A stretch of DNA of 63,877 nucleotides, filler included, from Octopus bimaculoides (lineage: Eukaryota): assembly GCF_001194135.2 (NCBI RefSeq). It is 8 parts of 7 records of this genome, joined end to end, with 100 filler letters (N's around TTAATTAATTAA, not from the genome) between each part and the next. Parts side by side here need not be neighbours in the genome. Positions count along the whole stretch, not along the records: positions 1 to 14,628 come from NC_068989.1; 7 more parts are not named here. One strand, given 5' to 3'. This document shows positions 1 through 12,061 of the stretch, piece by piece (the first letter of the stretch is position 1; the number at the start of each line of letters is the position of its first letter). The notes under the pieces are model-generated. The model was not told the DNA's origin. It did no database searches and saw only the letters and a list, made by a program, of their open reading frames with translations. A program made the translations under genes and the position numbers.

Positions 1-1
1 G

Positions 2-123
2 TAGGTTGCGGGCGCTTTTGAAAGCGGATAGGGGTGGGTTGGGGAAAATGGGGTGGGTAGTGGGATCGAGCTGGAGGCGACGGAAGGCCCGTAGGATCCT
101 CTGACGAAGGGGTAGGGTGGCAG

Positions 124-127
<4 letters not shown>
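2..127 (-). mobile_element. Penelope-like element fragment (RT thumb to endonuclease linker)
   Basis: Manual minus-strand translation gives [42 protein letters not shown], matching the recalled PLE linker pattern TYHP...F..LQ.DP...IFP.PP..AFRR..NL. The frame runs off the window start. Confidence 0.6.
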
Positions 128-164
<37 letters not shown>

Positions 165-303
165 ATACACACAGACATACAAACATATATACATACATAC
201 GTGCATACATACATACGTACGTACAAAGTACAAACGTACATACATATATACATGTATATATACATACATACATACATACATACATACATGCATACATACA
301 TAA
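125..303. repeat. Compound (TA)n/(TACA)n microsatellite
   Basis: Directly visible. Confidence 0.95.
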
Positions 304-854
304 GCTTACCATAATTTTCAGGACTAAAGCCACGACCAATAGCTGTTGAAACCACGACCATGGAAGTGGTAACTGGGATCATTGCGAATGTCACAGCACG
401 TTCTAAAACAGTCGCAGGGAAGAGCAGGCACTCTCTCTTTCCACCTGCCAGGAGGTCTGGGGTATTTATTACTGCAAACATATTAACATAATTATATGTT
501 TTCTTATATAAAGACAGTTCTTGGCAATACTTCAGTAGCACATGTGAGCTGGCAAGTACAATTTGTCTTGATCAGTTAGAAGGCAGAGAGTTGAGGTAAG
601 AGTCAGAAAGAGAGAAAGAGGGCGGGGGTCGGTAACAAATTTATAAACTAGCTCTTCTTTACTTAACAACACAAGAATGTAAAACTTTGTCAAAAAGGAA
701 ACTGGCGTTTAAAAATAAATTTATATAAACACATTTTTTTATTGTCTACGATCACTACTACCACTACTACATACAACATCGTTTCTCTTATTCAATCATC
801 ACTTCTTTTATATTTTTTCACTCGAAACTTCTTTTCTGAGAAATATCTCGTTCT

Positions 855-2280
855 TTATAATTTTGTCGAAAATTTCTGAAAACTTGGTAGGGTGTTTATT
901 TTAGTCATCAGAGAGCCTTTGGCTATAGTTTCTATTTTATTATTGCTTATACCTTCTACACAACTATTTATTACAGAAAATATTCGTTCAACATGGGCAG
1001 GGGTACAAGGAGGACAAAGAATGTATTCTACTACAGCACTAGAATTATTTTTCCAAATACATATTCTTTTTTTTTTTTTGGCCAATTTCCTTCATACATC
1101 AAGTTTTATGTTGCTTGCTCTTAACTTTAGAAGCCCCCAAATATTTTTGCTATAACCACCTCATTAAATTATTAAAGCTTCTGCTGAGCTTTACTTTTAA
1201 GGCAGCGAGCTAGCAGAATCGTTAGCATGCCCCCACAGAATGCGTAGCGGCATTTCGTCCATCTTTATGTTCTGAGTTCAAATTCGGTCAAGATCGATGT
1301 TGGCCTTTTATCTCTTTCCCAATCGATAAAATAAGTACCAGTCGAGCACTGGGGTTGATGTAATCGACTACCTATCCCAAGACCTCTGACCTTGTGCTAG
1401 AATTTGAAACCAATATTTACTATTTACCTTCAAATTCATGAGGTCATCTTAACTACAAACTGCTCATCACTGGATTACGATATATCTCCATAATGTAGCC
1501 AAACCATGTTTTCCGCTTGTTCAAAGTTCCATAGTTCTATATATGAGGAGTATTCCTCATAACGACTTTTAAACTTTTTCTCCACTTTTGCAATGCTTTC
1601 TCTCTTTTCAATTTTTCTGAGCTAGACTTTTACATCTTGACGTACAAATTCAGTTTTGTCATTGATCTGTTTTGTAACCGAATTTGGATTTCCAGTTTGA
1701 TATATTATTCGCTGTTATCATCAGTCTCCATTGCCAGAAATGCTTTGTTATGAATGCAAACTTTCCATGTCGAAGTCATAAATACATTTCTTCAAATTTA
1801 TTTTCAAAGAATTGTTTTATCAATGTTGGGCAGTGTTCTTACGAACAAAATGGGATTTCAAGTCAGTTGATATGTAATGAATTCTTTTAAGTGCTGGTAG
1901 TATTGTCAAAACTCTGGTATTATTATGTTGTAATAGCATTTTGTATTCCACGCTGACAAACTCATAAAATACTTTTAGCTGCGTTACACGAACTGTGTAT
2001 AAGTAAAAGTATTTGAATATTTTCACAATGTCTTTCAGTAACAACTGGTAATGCATTAACCGCTGTTTGAAGACGGTTGTATACAGAATGGGCATCACAA
2101 CCAATACCACGATGGTCCCTTCCAAGTTTTGTATTTTGTTCATTGATTATATTAGTCTTGTTTAACGTTAAGATATTTTGCAGTTGCCTTCATAAAATCT
2201 AACAGTTTTTTTCTACCAGACAATGAACGTCAATAAGTGGGACTAAGGCATTAGTCAAGGTGTTGACCATTTCAGCTAGG
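855..2280 (-). mobile_element. Decayed hAT-superfamily transposase, interrupted by a SINE at 1201-1413
   Basis: Across frameshifts: GIGCDAHSVYNRLQTAVNALP (CxxH motif), KIFKYFYLYTVRVTQLKVFYEFVSVEYKMLLQHNNTRVLTILPALKRI (TRW-like motif), and VEYILCPPCTPAHVERIFSVINS (hAT C-terminal dimerisation domain, ORF 855-1085). Confidence 0.75.
1201..1413 (+). mobile_element. tRNA-derived SINE, family A
   Basis: Head GGCAGCGAGCTAGCAGAATCGTTAG, B-box-like GAGTTCAAATTC, central GCCTTT..TC...TCGATAAAATAAGTACCAG...GGGGTTGATGTAATCGAC. At least ten homologous copies occur in the window. Confidence 0.85.
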
Positions 2281-2298
2281 ATTGTATGCATATAGTCG

Positions 2299-2797
2299 CG
2301 GACGTGGCTGTGTGGTAAGAAGCTTACTTCCCAGTAAGATCAGGCTGGAGAAGAAATGTCTGTCACGAGATATGTTTGTGAAAAGATTGAAGCCTGTGGT
2401 GAGCAAGCTGGGTGCGATTGGCACCAGGCAAGTGAGGTCGGGTTAAAAAGTAAAGGTTCTATCCAGATGGCCGGGTGCCTTTCTTTCAATGCTCCTAATT
2501 GCGGGACGCATTGACTTATTCAAAATTTAAAACTTTTATTGCATATTTCATCGATTCATTTTTTCATCCGATTGATTTGACATTTTTAAAACGTAAAAGC
2601 TTCTTCACCCTTTATGTTTGTATGTCCTCCTTTGTCCCCTCTCTGTAATGCCTGTATGGCAAATCTCGATGAAATAAAGAAGCTTACCTCCCAACCACAT
2701 GGTCCCGGGTTCAGTCTCACTGCGTAGTACCTTCAGAAAATCTCTTCTACTATAGCTTCGAGCCGACCAAAGGCTTCTGAATGAATTTGGTAGACAG
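2299..2797 (+). mobile_element. Two 5' fragments of SINE family B (about 2299-2332 and 2676-2797)
   Basis: GTGGCTGTGTGGTAAGAAGCTT.CTTCCCA and CCAACCACATGGTCCCGGGTTCAGTC match the family B head seen elsewhere. The second piece runs into a gap. Confidence 0.7.
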
Positions 2798-3061
2798 NNN
2801 NNNNNNNNNNNNNNNNNNNNNNNNNNNNNNNNNNNNNNNNNNNNNNNNNNNNNNNNNNNNNNNNNNNNNNNNNNNNNNNNNNNNNNNNNNNNNNNNNNNN
2901 NNNNNNNNNNNNNNNNNNNNNNNNNNNNNNNNNNNNNNNNNNNNNNNNNNNNNNNNNNNNNNNNNNNNNNNNNNNNNNNNNNNNNNNNNNNNNNNNNNNN
3001 NNNNNNNNNNNNNNNNNNNNNNNNNNNNNNNNNNNNNNNNNNNNNNNNNNNNNNNNNNNNN

Positions 3062-3312
3062 CCTCTCAATACATGGCTATGATGCTCCCCCACTACTTCT
3101 GCTCGTGATCAGAGATATACATATCGTCAGTCACCAAGAGACATGCTCAAACCGGTTACGGTCAAAAACAACTGACAAGCAAATCTGTGGTATTGAGCAG
3201 AACATAGCTGTAGCCCATCTTTTATACCAAGACAAAACATGTACATGGTAAAACTCCAAATCAATTAAAATCAGAAGCCATCAGAGCCAGTGCATAGTAT
3301 TGCATCAGGGCA
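3062..3312 (-). mobile_element. Interspersed repeat family C (non-coding retroposon-like)
   Basis: Near-identical to 23110-23363; overlaps in reverse complement with 62590-62620. Confidence 0.8.
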
Positions 3313-3469
3313 TTATATTGTTATTGTTGTTGTTATTTCTCATTTTACATAACATAACTTTGAGAAACACCAGCTGAATCTCCCTCAAACTACGCCTACT
3401 GCCAGTCAAATAAAGGCGGGGAGTGGAAAACGAACTTGAAATGGAGTGATAATGGCAACCTTTTGTCAT

Positions 3470-3505
3470 TTTCTCTCTGTCTACTTCTCCCTCTCTATCT
3501 CTCTC

Positions 3506-3559
<54 letters not shown>

Positions 3560-3560
3560 C
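3470..3560. repeat. (CT)n microsatellite
   Basis: Directly visible. Confidence 0.9.
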
Positions 3561-4169
3561 GGAATCCTGAAATAGAGAGAGATACAGAATGAAGACATAA
3601 GAGAAAAATAGAGAAAGAAAGACAGAGGTGGTAATGGTAATGATGGCAGCGGTTTAAAAACTAAATAACACACGCATTCGTCTAAATAGTTTGCTGCAAA
3701 ACCATTCTTCAGTGAACTATTAATGCAATTTACACTGGATTCAATTTCAGAAGGACTGCAACAGGGATTTTACGTCAAATGCTTCTATTCTATTTAATTT
3801 CCTAATAACGTTTATTTATAAGGTTTACAGTGGATTCAGATTCGGAAAGACACCTGAGATCTGAGATATGCTTCAACTCAAAAAAGATGTTTGCTCATTC
3901 AAAAGCGTCTGAATCGAAGTAAACAAGTCATACAATATCGCAGCGTACTTTTATATTACGTGACCGCTGATTTTTGTTCTTTTGGGGTTTTTTTCTTTTT
4001 GTAGATTAAATAACATATTGACAAAAGTTTATAAACTATTCATCTCAGAATTTTTAACGATGGACTATTTATGTATCATCTACATACATCAAGATAATAT
4101 ATATTTATGTATAATTAATCAAGACTACGTAGCAACAACATTCATAGAATTAGTTCATTACAAGCAACT

Positions 4170-4558
4170 TGGTGTTGGCACTCCGTCGCTTACGACGTCG
4201 AGGGTTCCAGTTGATCCGATCAATGGAACAGCCTGCTCGTGAAATTAACGTGCAAGTGGCTGAGCACTCCACAGACACGTGTACCCCCGTAACGTAGTTC
4301 TCGGGGATATTCAGCGTGACACAGTATGACAAGGCTGGCTCTTTGAATTACAGGCACAACAGAAACAGGAAGTAAGAGTGAGAGAAAGTTGTGGTGAAAG
4401 AGTAAAGCATGGTTCCCCAGCAGACCCTACCGGAGCCTCGTGGAGCTTTAGGTGTTTTCGCTCAATAAACACTCACAGCGCCCGGTCTGGGAATCGAAAC
4501 CGCGACCCTATGACCGCGAGTCCGCTGCCCTAACCACTGGGCCATTGCGCCTCCACAC
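4170..4558 (-). mobile_element. tRNA-headed SINE, family E
   Basis: Reverse complement starts TGTGGAGGCGCAATGGCCCAGTGGTTAGGGCAGCGGACTCGCGGTC...GGTTTCGATTCCC (A and B boxes). The 5' ~170 bp are homologous to 13140-13318. Confidence 0.8.
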
Positions 4559-4802
4559 AAGCAACTTATTCAGCTGAATAAAATTACTACTGTTGTTTGT
4601 CAACAACAATTATCGGTGGTGTATATTTCGTTTGTCACTGTTATTTATGACATCGTTCGAGCGTTTGTACTGGTTTTAGCTTTAGAGTTTTAGGGTTAGG
4701 GTTTTAGAGTTAAGTTTTTAAAGTTAAGAAACTTCATAACGAAATTTAATTCTGATCCGTGTGCCCTGTAGATTTTAACTCCAGAAAACTCATCGCTTAT
4801 TA

Positions 4803-5643
4803 TATAGGGTGCGGCATTAAAGCCTTGCGTATATTACACGGCCATTGGTGTGGTGATAATTAAGTGGGGCAGGAATTCATGATGTATTCATGTAGCTAAT
4901 ATTTTATATTTTTGGTTTTTGTTATGCGTATGGTTTGGATTGGTGCACACCATACGTTTACCGTTAAATCGCTCGTCAGAAATTATAAATCTGTGATTGC
5001 GACACGAAGAGCTTTTCGTATTCATTTAGGAATAGGTCAAAAGGATGCTTTTGCGCAACCGAAAACCGAAGACCTATAGCATGAAAATTTCAGGGGCACA
5101 GGTTAAGTGCTTGAACGACATAAGAGCATTCGAACTCCAGAAAATGTCCAAGCTTGTAACATCCTCTTTTGTAGTCTCCTAAACATTCAATCCGAAAACA
5201 TGCTTCCGCTTTTGGATTATCTGATCGAACTCCCAGAAGAATTATATAAACTGGATGTGTGTTTTCCACTGAATGGAGTTTCTGCTCAATCGAGAACATC
5301 AATGGAAGTTTTGAAAGATCTGTTTCCAAGACATATGATCTCTTTACGTGGTGACGTTGGTTTGCCTGCACGCTTACCTTATCTCGACCCAGTGATTATG
5401 TTCTCTTGGGTTTACCATCAATTATCGGTCAACAACCATTGATAAATTGAAGGTTACCATATGCTAATCAATTGTCGTAAATGACTCGCTGAATAATAGA
5501 AATCCTCAGAAATCAACTAAAGCAGAGTAGCACGATTAGAGGCAACCACTGGTAGGATATTATTTATATATTTGTCGAGTACCATTTACTTTAACTTTTT
5601 TGTCAACCTGTTAAAGTGGAAGATATTTTCGTTGCACCCTCTA
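4803..5643 (+). mobile_element. Internally deleted Tc1/mariner-superfamily transposon (rosa/DD41D-like)
   Basis: Ends TATAGGGTGC...GCACCCTCTA form a degenerate TIR. N-terminal remnants: MVWIGAHH...SVIATRRAFRIH, KSIRTPENVQA, KHSIRKHASAFGLSDRTPRRIL. C-terminal: LKDLFPRHMISLRGDVGLPARLPYLDP, resembling ISxRGDxxWPARSPDLxP. Confidence 0.7.
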
Positions 5644-5854
5644 CTGTAATTAATGCATTGACGATTTTATCATAGTTTGAAACACTTTACCAGAATTCAT
5701 AAAAGAATAAGAAATTGATTCATCAGTTAAGTAGTAAAATTTTAATAAAGGCAACATACTTATCTGTCTAAAGTTACCGACAGAAATATGTCGAGGTCTT
5801 TTATTAGTATAGCTGATATTTACTATGTGCATACATGTTATACTCTGTAATTTT

Positions 5855-5903
5855 CGTATCAGTACGGTATCACTGTGATGCACACACACTCACAAACACA
5901 CAC

Positions 5904-5942
<39 letters not shown>

Positions 5943-5963
5943 TGTATGTGTGTGTGTGAATGC

Positions 5964-6027
<64 letters not shown>

Positions 6028-6065
6028 AAGTATGCACCTATATCTACTTATATATATATATATAC
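5855..6065. repeat. Compound (CA)/(TA)/(TG) microsatellite
   Basis: Directly visible. Confidence 0.9.
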
Positions 6066-6711
6066 CTTTATTTATTCTTGTCTGTACTCATCCACTCTTC
6101 TATTTGCTGTATTATTCTGACGGTATGACTTAATGAAGGCAGAATCCACTACTAAATACCATCATCGCTTCTCTACTGCCTGTCATCACTTTCTTCCCCG
6201 ATAACTACATGCTATTGTCATCCATCACTCACTCTCACCAAAATATCTCAGTAAAAGCTTAACAGCATAGAAACTATTTTCCCTTAACGTATCTGAAAAC
6301 CACAATAGCATAGTTAAGCCTTGACTCATGATGGAACACTTGCTTTCATAGAAGGGATGATTATGATGCTACTAAATACACAACCATCAAAGACACACGC
6401 CTTTAAAAATGCCACGAGACTGACTCGCATAGAGTCACACACACACACACCAATATATTTCAAGATGTAGCTCAGAGAAACACTGTCTCTTCAATCTACA
6501 ATTTTATGCTACTTCTACAATAAAGTTAACAATATCATGTCACTTCCACCGAAATCTGCCGACACGCTTTTCTCTTATCCTCTCGTTACTCATATTGTGT
6601 ATAGCCCATCCCGAGTCTCAAAATATCCGCTATTTTCATTTCTCTTTTGTTTGAACATCAATCCTCTGGAATTCAGCCACCTCCATGTTTTGTCTTTGTT
6701 TTGTTTTATCT

Positions 6712-6985
6712 GTAGTGAAGGCACGTGGCCTAGAGACGGTGTTGTACTCACTATTGTAAGAATGTAGTTTCAATTCCCGGGCCGGGCGGTGCGTTGTTTT
6801 TTTATGCAAAAAAATCTTCATTTCACTTTGTTGCAGTTCACTCTGCTGGAAATTAGTTTCAACAATAGCTGGGAAGTTAACTATGTAAGGGACTGGCGTC
6901 CCGTTCTGGTGTAAGTGTTTTAATCTTACTCATTTATAGAGCATGGAAGCCGAGTTAAGCTCCGTCCTTATGAATCCTAGATCTC
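6712..6985 (+). mobile_element. Diverged tRNA-headed SINE, family G
   Basis: GGCACGTGGCCTAG head, TTCAATTCCCGG B-box-like motif, central GACTGGCGTCCCGTT shared with 13030-13115 (reverse). A related copy lies at 37640-37795 (-). Confidence 0.55.
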
Positions 6986-7329
6986 AGGACAGAGCTGTGT
7001 TTCGTATTTATTCACGGCGAATATCAACTGCATCGACCTCACCAAGCTCTGAAAGTTTGTGAAAACCATGGCCATAGACTTTTCCTCTTGGGAAAACCAT
7101 TAAACAAAATTTCGACTATCTATAAACAATCATATGCAACCCCTTTACAACATTTGGAATATATCTCTTTCAGTAATCACTCATATATTCATAATCATTG
7201 CATAACCAGAACCCTAACCCTAACACTTTAATCCTCAAATTGACTGCTGAACAAAATGATATGCATGATATAACACCCAGTTTTCCCTTAAATTGCAACC
7301 TACAGTCATCAGATAATACATTTCTGCTT

Positions 7330-7660
7330 ATTGTACATCTGAAAAACGGGATGGTCTAAGTTGAGATGCTTTTGACCTAAGAGCGGAATGATCTGGACAT
7401 AAACAATCAGGAATGATCTGGACTTAAACAAAACAATACAACATCAACACTATAATTAGCAGCAGCAGCAACATCCCCATCATCACGACCCTAATATATG
7501 GGCCTCTACTTAGTTGCTACACTGGCTAGAAATAGTCGCCGACTCTCTTTAGCGTCTCAAAAATGTGGAAGGGTACACTAGCTAATGATACAGTTGGTAA
7601 AAGATGGTATTGTTACGGCTGGAATGTCAGATCAAATCATTGGTCTGATTTCTCAAGGTT
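7330..7660 (+). mobile_element. Two fragments of repeat family F
   Basis: GCTAGAAATAG.CGCC and AAAA.GGGATGGTC...GATCTGGAC.TAAACAA motifs recur at 38030-38170, 46740-46890, 46950-47000 and reversed at 8200-8290. Confidence 0.5.
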
Positions 7661-8049
7661 GGCACAAGGCGAAACAATAGCAATAAAAGCAAAGAATGGT
7701 ATGAACATCACCACTCAGTTTTTCTCCCCTAGAAGCACAACGGAGCAAGATAAATGCTATGTACAAGCTGAGACCACGACGCGGTTTGAATATCTGCTGT
7801 TGATCCTATTACAAAAATATGTCGCGCTCGTTATATTTTCAACTCAAAAAGTATTACTTTTGTGCCGAATTCTGAAATTTGAGTTATTTGCTAATATACT
7901 GAAGTATCTGATCAACTTGTGAGATTTCTTGGTTCTGACCTACAGAGCAGAATATCCAATTACACTGATTATAATATTCAAATAACTAGCATAACAATAA
8001 CGGTCGATTTAATGATATAACATCATCTTAGCTACATATAGCTCGAAAT

Positions 8050-8209
<160 letters not shown>

Positions 8210-8647
8210 GGCACCAGGTTTGCACTGATCAAGCAGATCTCTGATCAAATCTATACCTAACGTTATGTGATATGTCAGGTCCTTATTTAACATACTATAC
8301 TATGATTTTAGGAATATTTGGATGCTATTTCTAGAAGTTTCATCAACAATGAGAAGTTTTCCGTCATATTATTTGGGTTTTAACATAAAAGTGAAATGAA
8401 CTGCTGAATAGCTAGTTTGCTACGATGTAAAAAAATATAGGATAACATTCTGGCGCTAGGAAATCCAAAACAGTTTGTGTGGTGAAATATCTTACAAAAA
8501 TTTAATTGGTTCAACCATATTTTCTTTCAAATACTTGCGAGTGACGGCTAGCTCTGCCTGATGTCATATACCTGTAATGCCATTGTATACAGGTCATGTA
8601 TTCAACTTAAGATAATATTTGTTTAATTGAAGTATTGTCTAATATCT

Positions 8648-9067
8648 TCTATCTTTTAATTGTTTCAGTCATTAGACTGCGGTCAATGCTTGGGCACCAC
8701 CTCGAAGACGTTTTAGTCGACTGAATCAATTCCAGTACTTATTGTTTTTTTTGTTGTTGTTGTTTTTTGTTTTGTTTTATAAGCCTGTTACTAATTCTAT
8801 CATTCTATTTTGTCGAACTGCTAGTTTACGGGGATATAAACACAACACCACCTGTTGTCAAGTGATAATGGGGGACAAACACTGACACAAAGACACACAC
8901 GTATATTTATATAAATATACGACTGGCTTCTTTCAGTTTCCCTCTACCAACTCCACTCACAAGGCTTTCGAGGCTATAGTAGAAGAGACTTGTCCAAGAT
9001 GTCACGCAGTGGAACTGAACTCAAAACCATGTAGTTGGGAAGCCAGATTCCTACTACACAGCCACAC
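8648..9067 (-). mobile_element. Near full-length SINE family B
   Basis: Tail TCTTTTA.TTGTTTCAGTCATTAGACTGCGG at left, internal (CA)/(TA), head ...CATGTAGTTGGGAAGC...ACACAGCCAC at right. The body carries a CCTTGG.CAAG motif reminiscent of the CORE domain (recalled, unverified). Confidence 0.85.
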
Positions 9068-9264
9068 CTACAGAAATATTTCAAATATTTTTTAAAGCCA
9101 AAACAATGCAAATTATAAAAATTATTAATGAAGTTCGGTGCTTAGAACTGTCGACTAGTATTATTTTTTTCATATAACTTGAATTCATTCAGCTTTAAAA
9201 ATATTTAAAATATTCATTTCTTTAATTAGTTTAATTGTTGTTTATAATATTTAAATAAAATGAA

Positions 9265-9345
9265 GTAGGCATGACCGTGTGGTTAAGTGGCTTGCTTTGC
9301 AACCACGTTATTTCGCGTTCAGTCCCACTGCGCGGTACCTTACAA
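9265..9345 (+). mobile_element. SINE family B head fragment
   Basis: GGCATGACCGTGTGGTTAAG...GCAACCAC...GTTCAGTCCCACTGCGCGGTACCTT. Confidence 0.65.
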
Positions 9346-9546
9346 GAGTAAGCATGTAAATGCAAAACAAAATGGGAAAATAATACTCGAATACCGATGG
9401 TAGAGTAATATACTTTTTCATTAAAGCTGAAAAAAACATTCCCAGTTCGTCAGACAGTTGTGATCAAGACAGTCTTGATTGCAACTGTCCTACGAACGGA
9501 AAGATGAAACTCTGAATCACAGTATTTTGTGGTACTTTTATATGTG

Positions 9547-9577
<31 letters not shown>

Positions 9578-9734
9578 ACATATGTGTAGATATATATCAA
9601 AAACTGAACAAAATCACACCAAACGGAAAATTTTACAAAAACATAACAGAAAATTCGTAGCTAATTCCTCGTCAGTCAAAGTCCTTATAATTTCACGCCT
9701 TTATATATAGGTGCGTGTATGTATACATGTTTGC

Positions 9735-9920
9735 ACTTCTGTTTTCCTCACTATCATTTGAGCTGGTGTTAGTTTGTTTACATCCTCATAACTTGGCGGT
9801 TAGGCATAATAACCCAAGAGAAGTACTAGCCTTTAAAAATAACTACTGAAGTCAATTCGTTCAACGATAAATCCCCTTCAAGGCGGTGCCCCAGAATTAC
9901 CGCAATCCATATGGTTGTAA
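9735..9920 (+). mobile_element. SINE family B 3' half
   Basis: GGTGTTAGTTTGTTTACATCC.CATAACTTGGCGGTT...TTCAAGGCGGTGCCCCAG. Confidence 0.65.
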
Positions 9921-9924
9921 CAAT

Positions 9925-10148
9925 CTTTTATCTTTTAATTGTTTCATTTATTTGACTACGGCCATGCCGGGGTACCGTCTTGAAGGTTTTAGTCGAACAA
10001 ATCGAACCGGGATTTTTTGTTTTTTTAAGCCAAGTACTTATTCTATCGCTTACTTTTGCCGGACCGCTAGTGTTACGGGGGTGTAAGCACACCAACACCG
10101 GTTGTCAAGTGGTGGTGGAGGGGGTCAAACACAGACACAAACACACAA

Positions 10149-10160
<12 letters not shown>
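9925..10160 (-). mobile_element. SINE family B 3' half, tail-to-tail with the preceding copy
   Basis: TCTTTTAATTGTTTC...GGCCATGCCGGGGTACCGTCTTGAAG...CACCAACACCGGTTGTCAAG; runs into (CA)/(TA) and a gap. Confidence 0.8.
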
Positions 10161-10179
<19 letters not shown>

Positions 10180-10885
10180 NNNNNNNNNNNNNNNNNNNNN
10201 NNNNNNNNNNNNNNNNNNNNNNNNNNNNNNNNNNNNNNNNNNNNNNNNNNNNNNNNNNNNNNNNNNNNNNNNNNNNNNNNNNNNNNNNNNNNNNNNNNNN
10301 NNNNNNNNNNNNNNNNNNNNNNNNNNNNNNNNNNNNNNNNNNNNNNNNNNNNNNNNNNNNNNNNNNNNNNNNNNNNNNNNNNNNNNNNNNNNNNNNNNNN
10401 NNNNNNNNNNNNNNNNNNNNNNNNNNNNNNNNNNNNNNNNNNNNNNNNNNNNNNNNNNNNNNNNNNNNNNNNNNNNNNNNNNNNNNNNNNNNNNNNNNNN
10501 NNNNNNNNNNNNNNNNNNNNNNNNNNNNNNNNNNNNNNNNNNNNNNNNNNNNNNNNNNNNNNNNNNNNNNNNNNNNNNNNNNNNNNNNNNNNNNNNNNNN
10601 NNNNNNNNNNNNNNNNNNNNNNNNNNNNNNNNNNNNNNNNNNNNNNNNNNNNNNNNNNNNNNNNNNNNNNNNNNNNNNNNNNNNNNNNNNNNNNNNNNNN
10701 NNNNNNNNNNNNNNNNNNNNNNNNNNNNNNNNNNNNNNNNNNNNNNNNNNNNNNNNNNNNNNNNNNNNNNNNNNNNNNNNNNNNNNNNNNNNNNNNNNNN
10801 NNNNNNNNNNNNNNNNNNNNNNNNNNNNNNNNNNNNNNNNNNNNNNNNNNNNNNNNNNNNNNNNNNNNNNNNNNNNNNNNNNNNN

Positions 10886-10886
<1 letters not shown>

Positions 10887-10936
<50 letters not shown>

Positions 10937-11024
10937 CATACATACATACATACACGCACACTCTCACACATATGTGTATAGCATACACAATACATACATA
11001 TAATTATATATATGTACTTATATG

Positions 11025-11064
<40 letters not shown>

Positions 11065-11265
11065 ATCATATATATGTATATATATATACATGCATATATA
11101 TATACACACACACACACGTACACTCACACAGACACATATGTACATATATATATATACATACATATATATATATATGTGTATATATCAAAGGTATATATAT
11201 ATATGTGAATATGCGTGTGTGCGTGGGTGTATGTATGTGTGAACGTTTGTGTGTACGCATGCGCA
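10887..11265. repeat. Mosaic (TA)/(TACA)/(CA)/(TG) low-complexity array
   Basis: Directly visible. Confidence 0.9.
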
Positions 11266-11600
11266 TATGTGTGATCCGAGATTAAGAGTTAAAACTGAAG
11301 CAAATGCATATTAGATTAGTCACTTTAGCCATATAAAAACAAAAAACAAATAAATGTTACATTTTTCCGTCTGTCTCAATAATGCGATCTACTATGCAAT
11401 GTCAAAAACTTTCATCGTACTTTTAACAGCCTTGTCACTGATAAATTTCCACTGCAGCAGCTAAAAATGAATTCCAAATTGTTCTTTTTTACAGACCTCT
11501 AATGACTTTTTTTCCATCATGTTTTTCTTTTGTTTGTTTTTCTTTCCTTCTATTGTTTTGTTTGTTAACTACCTTAATCTTTCAGAATGTAAGTCTAGTA

Positions 11601-12050
11601 AGGCGGCGAGCTGGTAGAAACGTTAGAGCGCCGGTCAAAATGCTTAGCGGTATTTCGTCTGCCGTTACGTTCTGAATTCAAATTCCGCCGAGGTCGACTT
11701 TGCCTTTCATCCTTTCTGGTTCGATAAATTAAGTACCAGTTATGCACTGGGGGTTGATGTAATCGACTTAATCCATTTGCCTGTCCTTGTTTGCCCCCCC
11801 CCCCCTATGTTTAGCCCCTTGTGGGCAATAAAGAAATAAGAAACGTTAGCACGCCGGGCGAAATGCTTAGCGATATTTTGTCTGTCTTTATGTTCTGAGT
11901 TCAAATTTCGCCGAGGGCGACTTTACCTTTCATCCTTTCGGGGTCGATAAATTAGGTACACTTTGCGTACTGGCGTTGATCTAATCGACTGCCCCCCCCC
12001 CCACCAAAAAAAAAAAATTTCGGGCCTTGTGCCTAGAGTAGAAAAGAATA
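11601..12050 (+). mobile_element. Tandem dimer of SINE family A flanked by GTCTAGTA direct repeats
   Basis: Unit 1 at 11601-~11835, unit 2 (5'-truncated, AAACGTTAGCACGCCGGGCG) at 11841-~12047. GTCTAGTA at 11593-11600 and 12054-12061. Confidence 0.85.
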
Positions 12051-12061
12051 TATGTCTAGTA

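Noticed and set aside
31-64. G-quadruplex-like tract
   Set aside because: Explained as the antisense of Pro-rich PLE codons; no evidence of independent function.
2335-2500. Possible PLE C-terminus and 3' UTR on the minus strand (IERKAPGHLDRTFTF*)
   Set aside because: Resemblance too short and weak to support a call.
7563-7922. 119-aa ORF MWKGTLAND...
   Set aside because: The 5' part overlaps a family F repeat remnant and there is no recognisable domain or splice signals.
9645-9685. Minus-strand CTGACGA...CGAA hammerhead-like string
   Set aside because: No GAAA, and stems I-III do not form.
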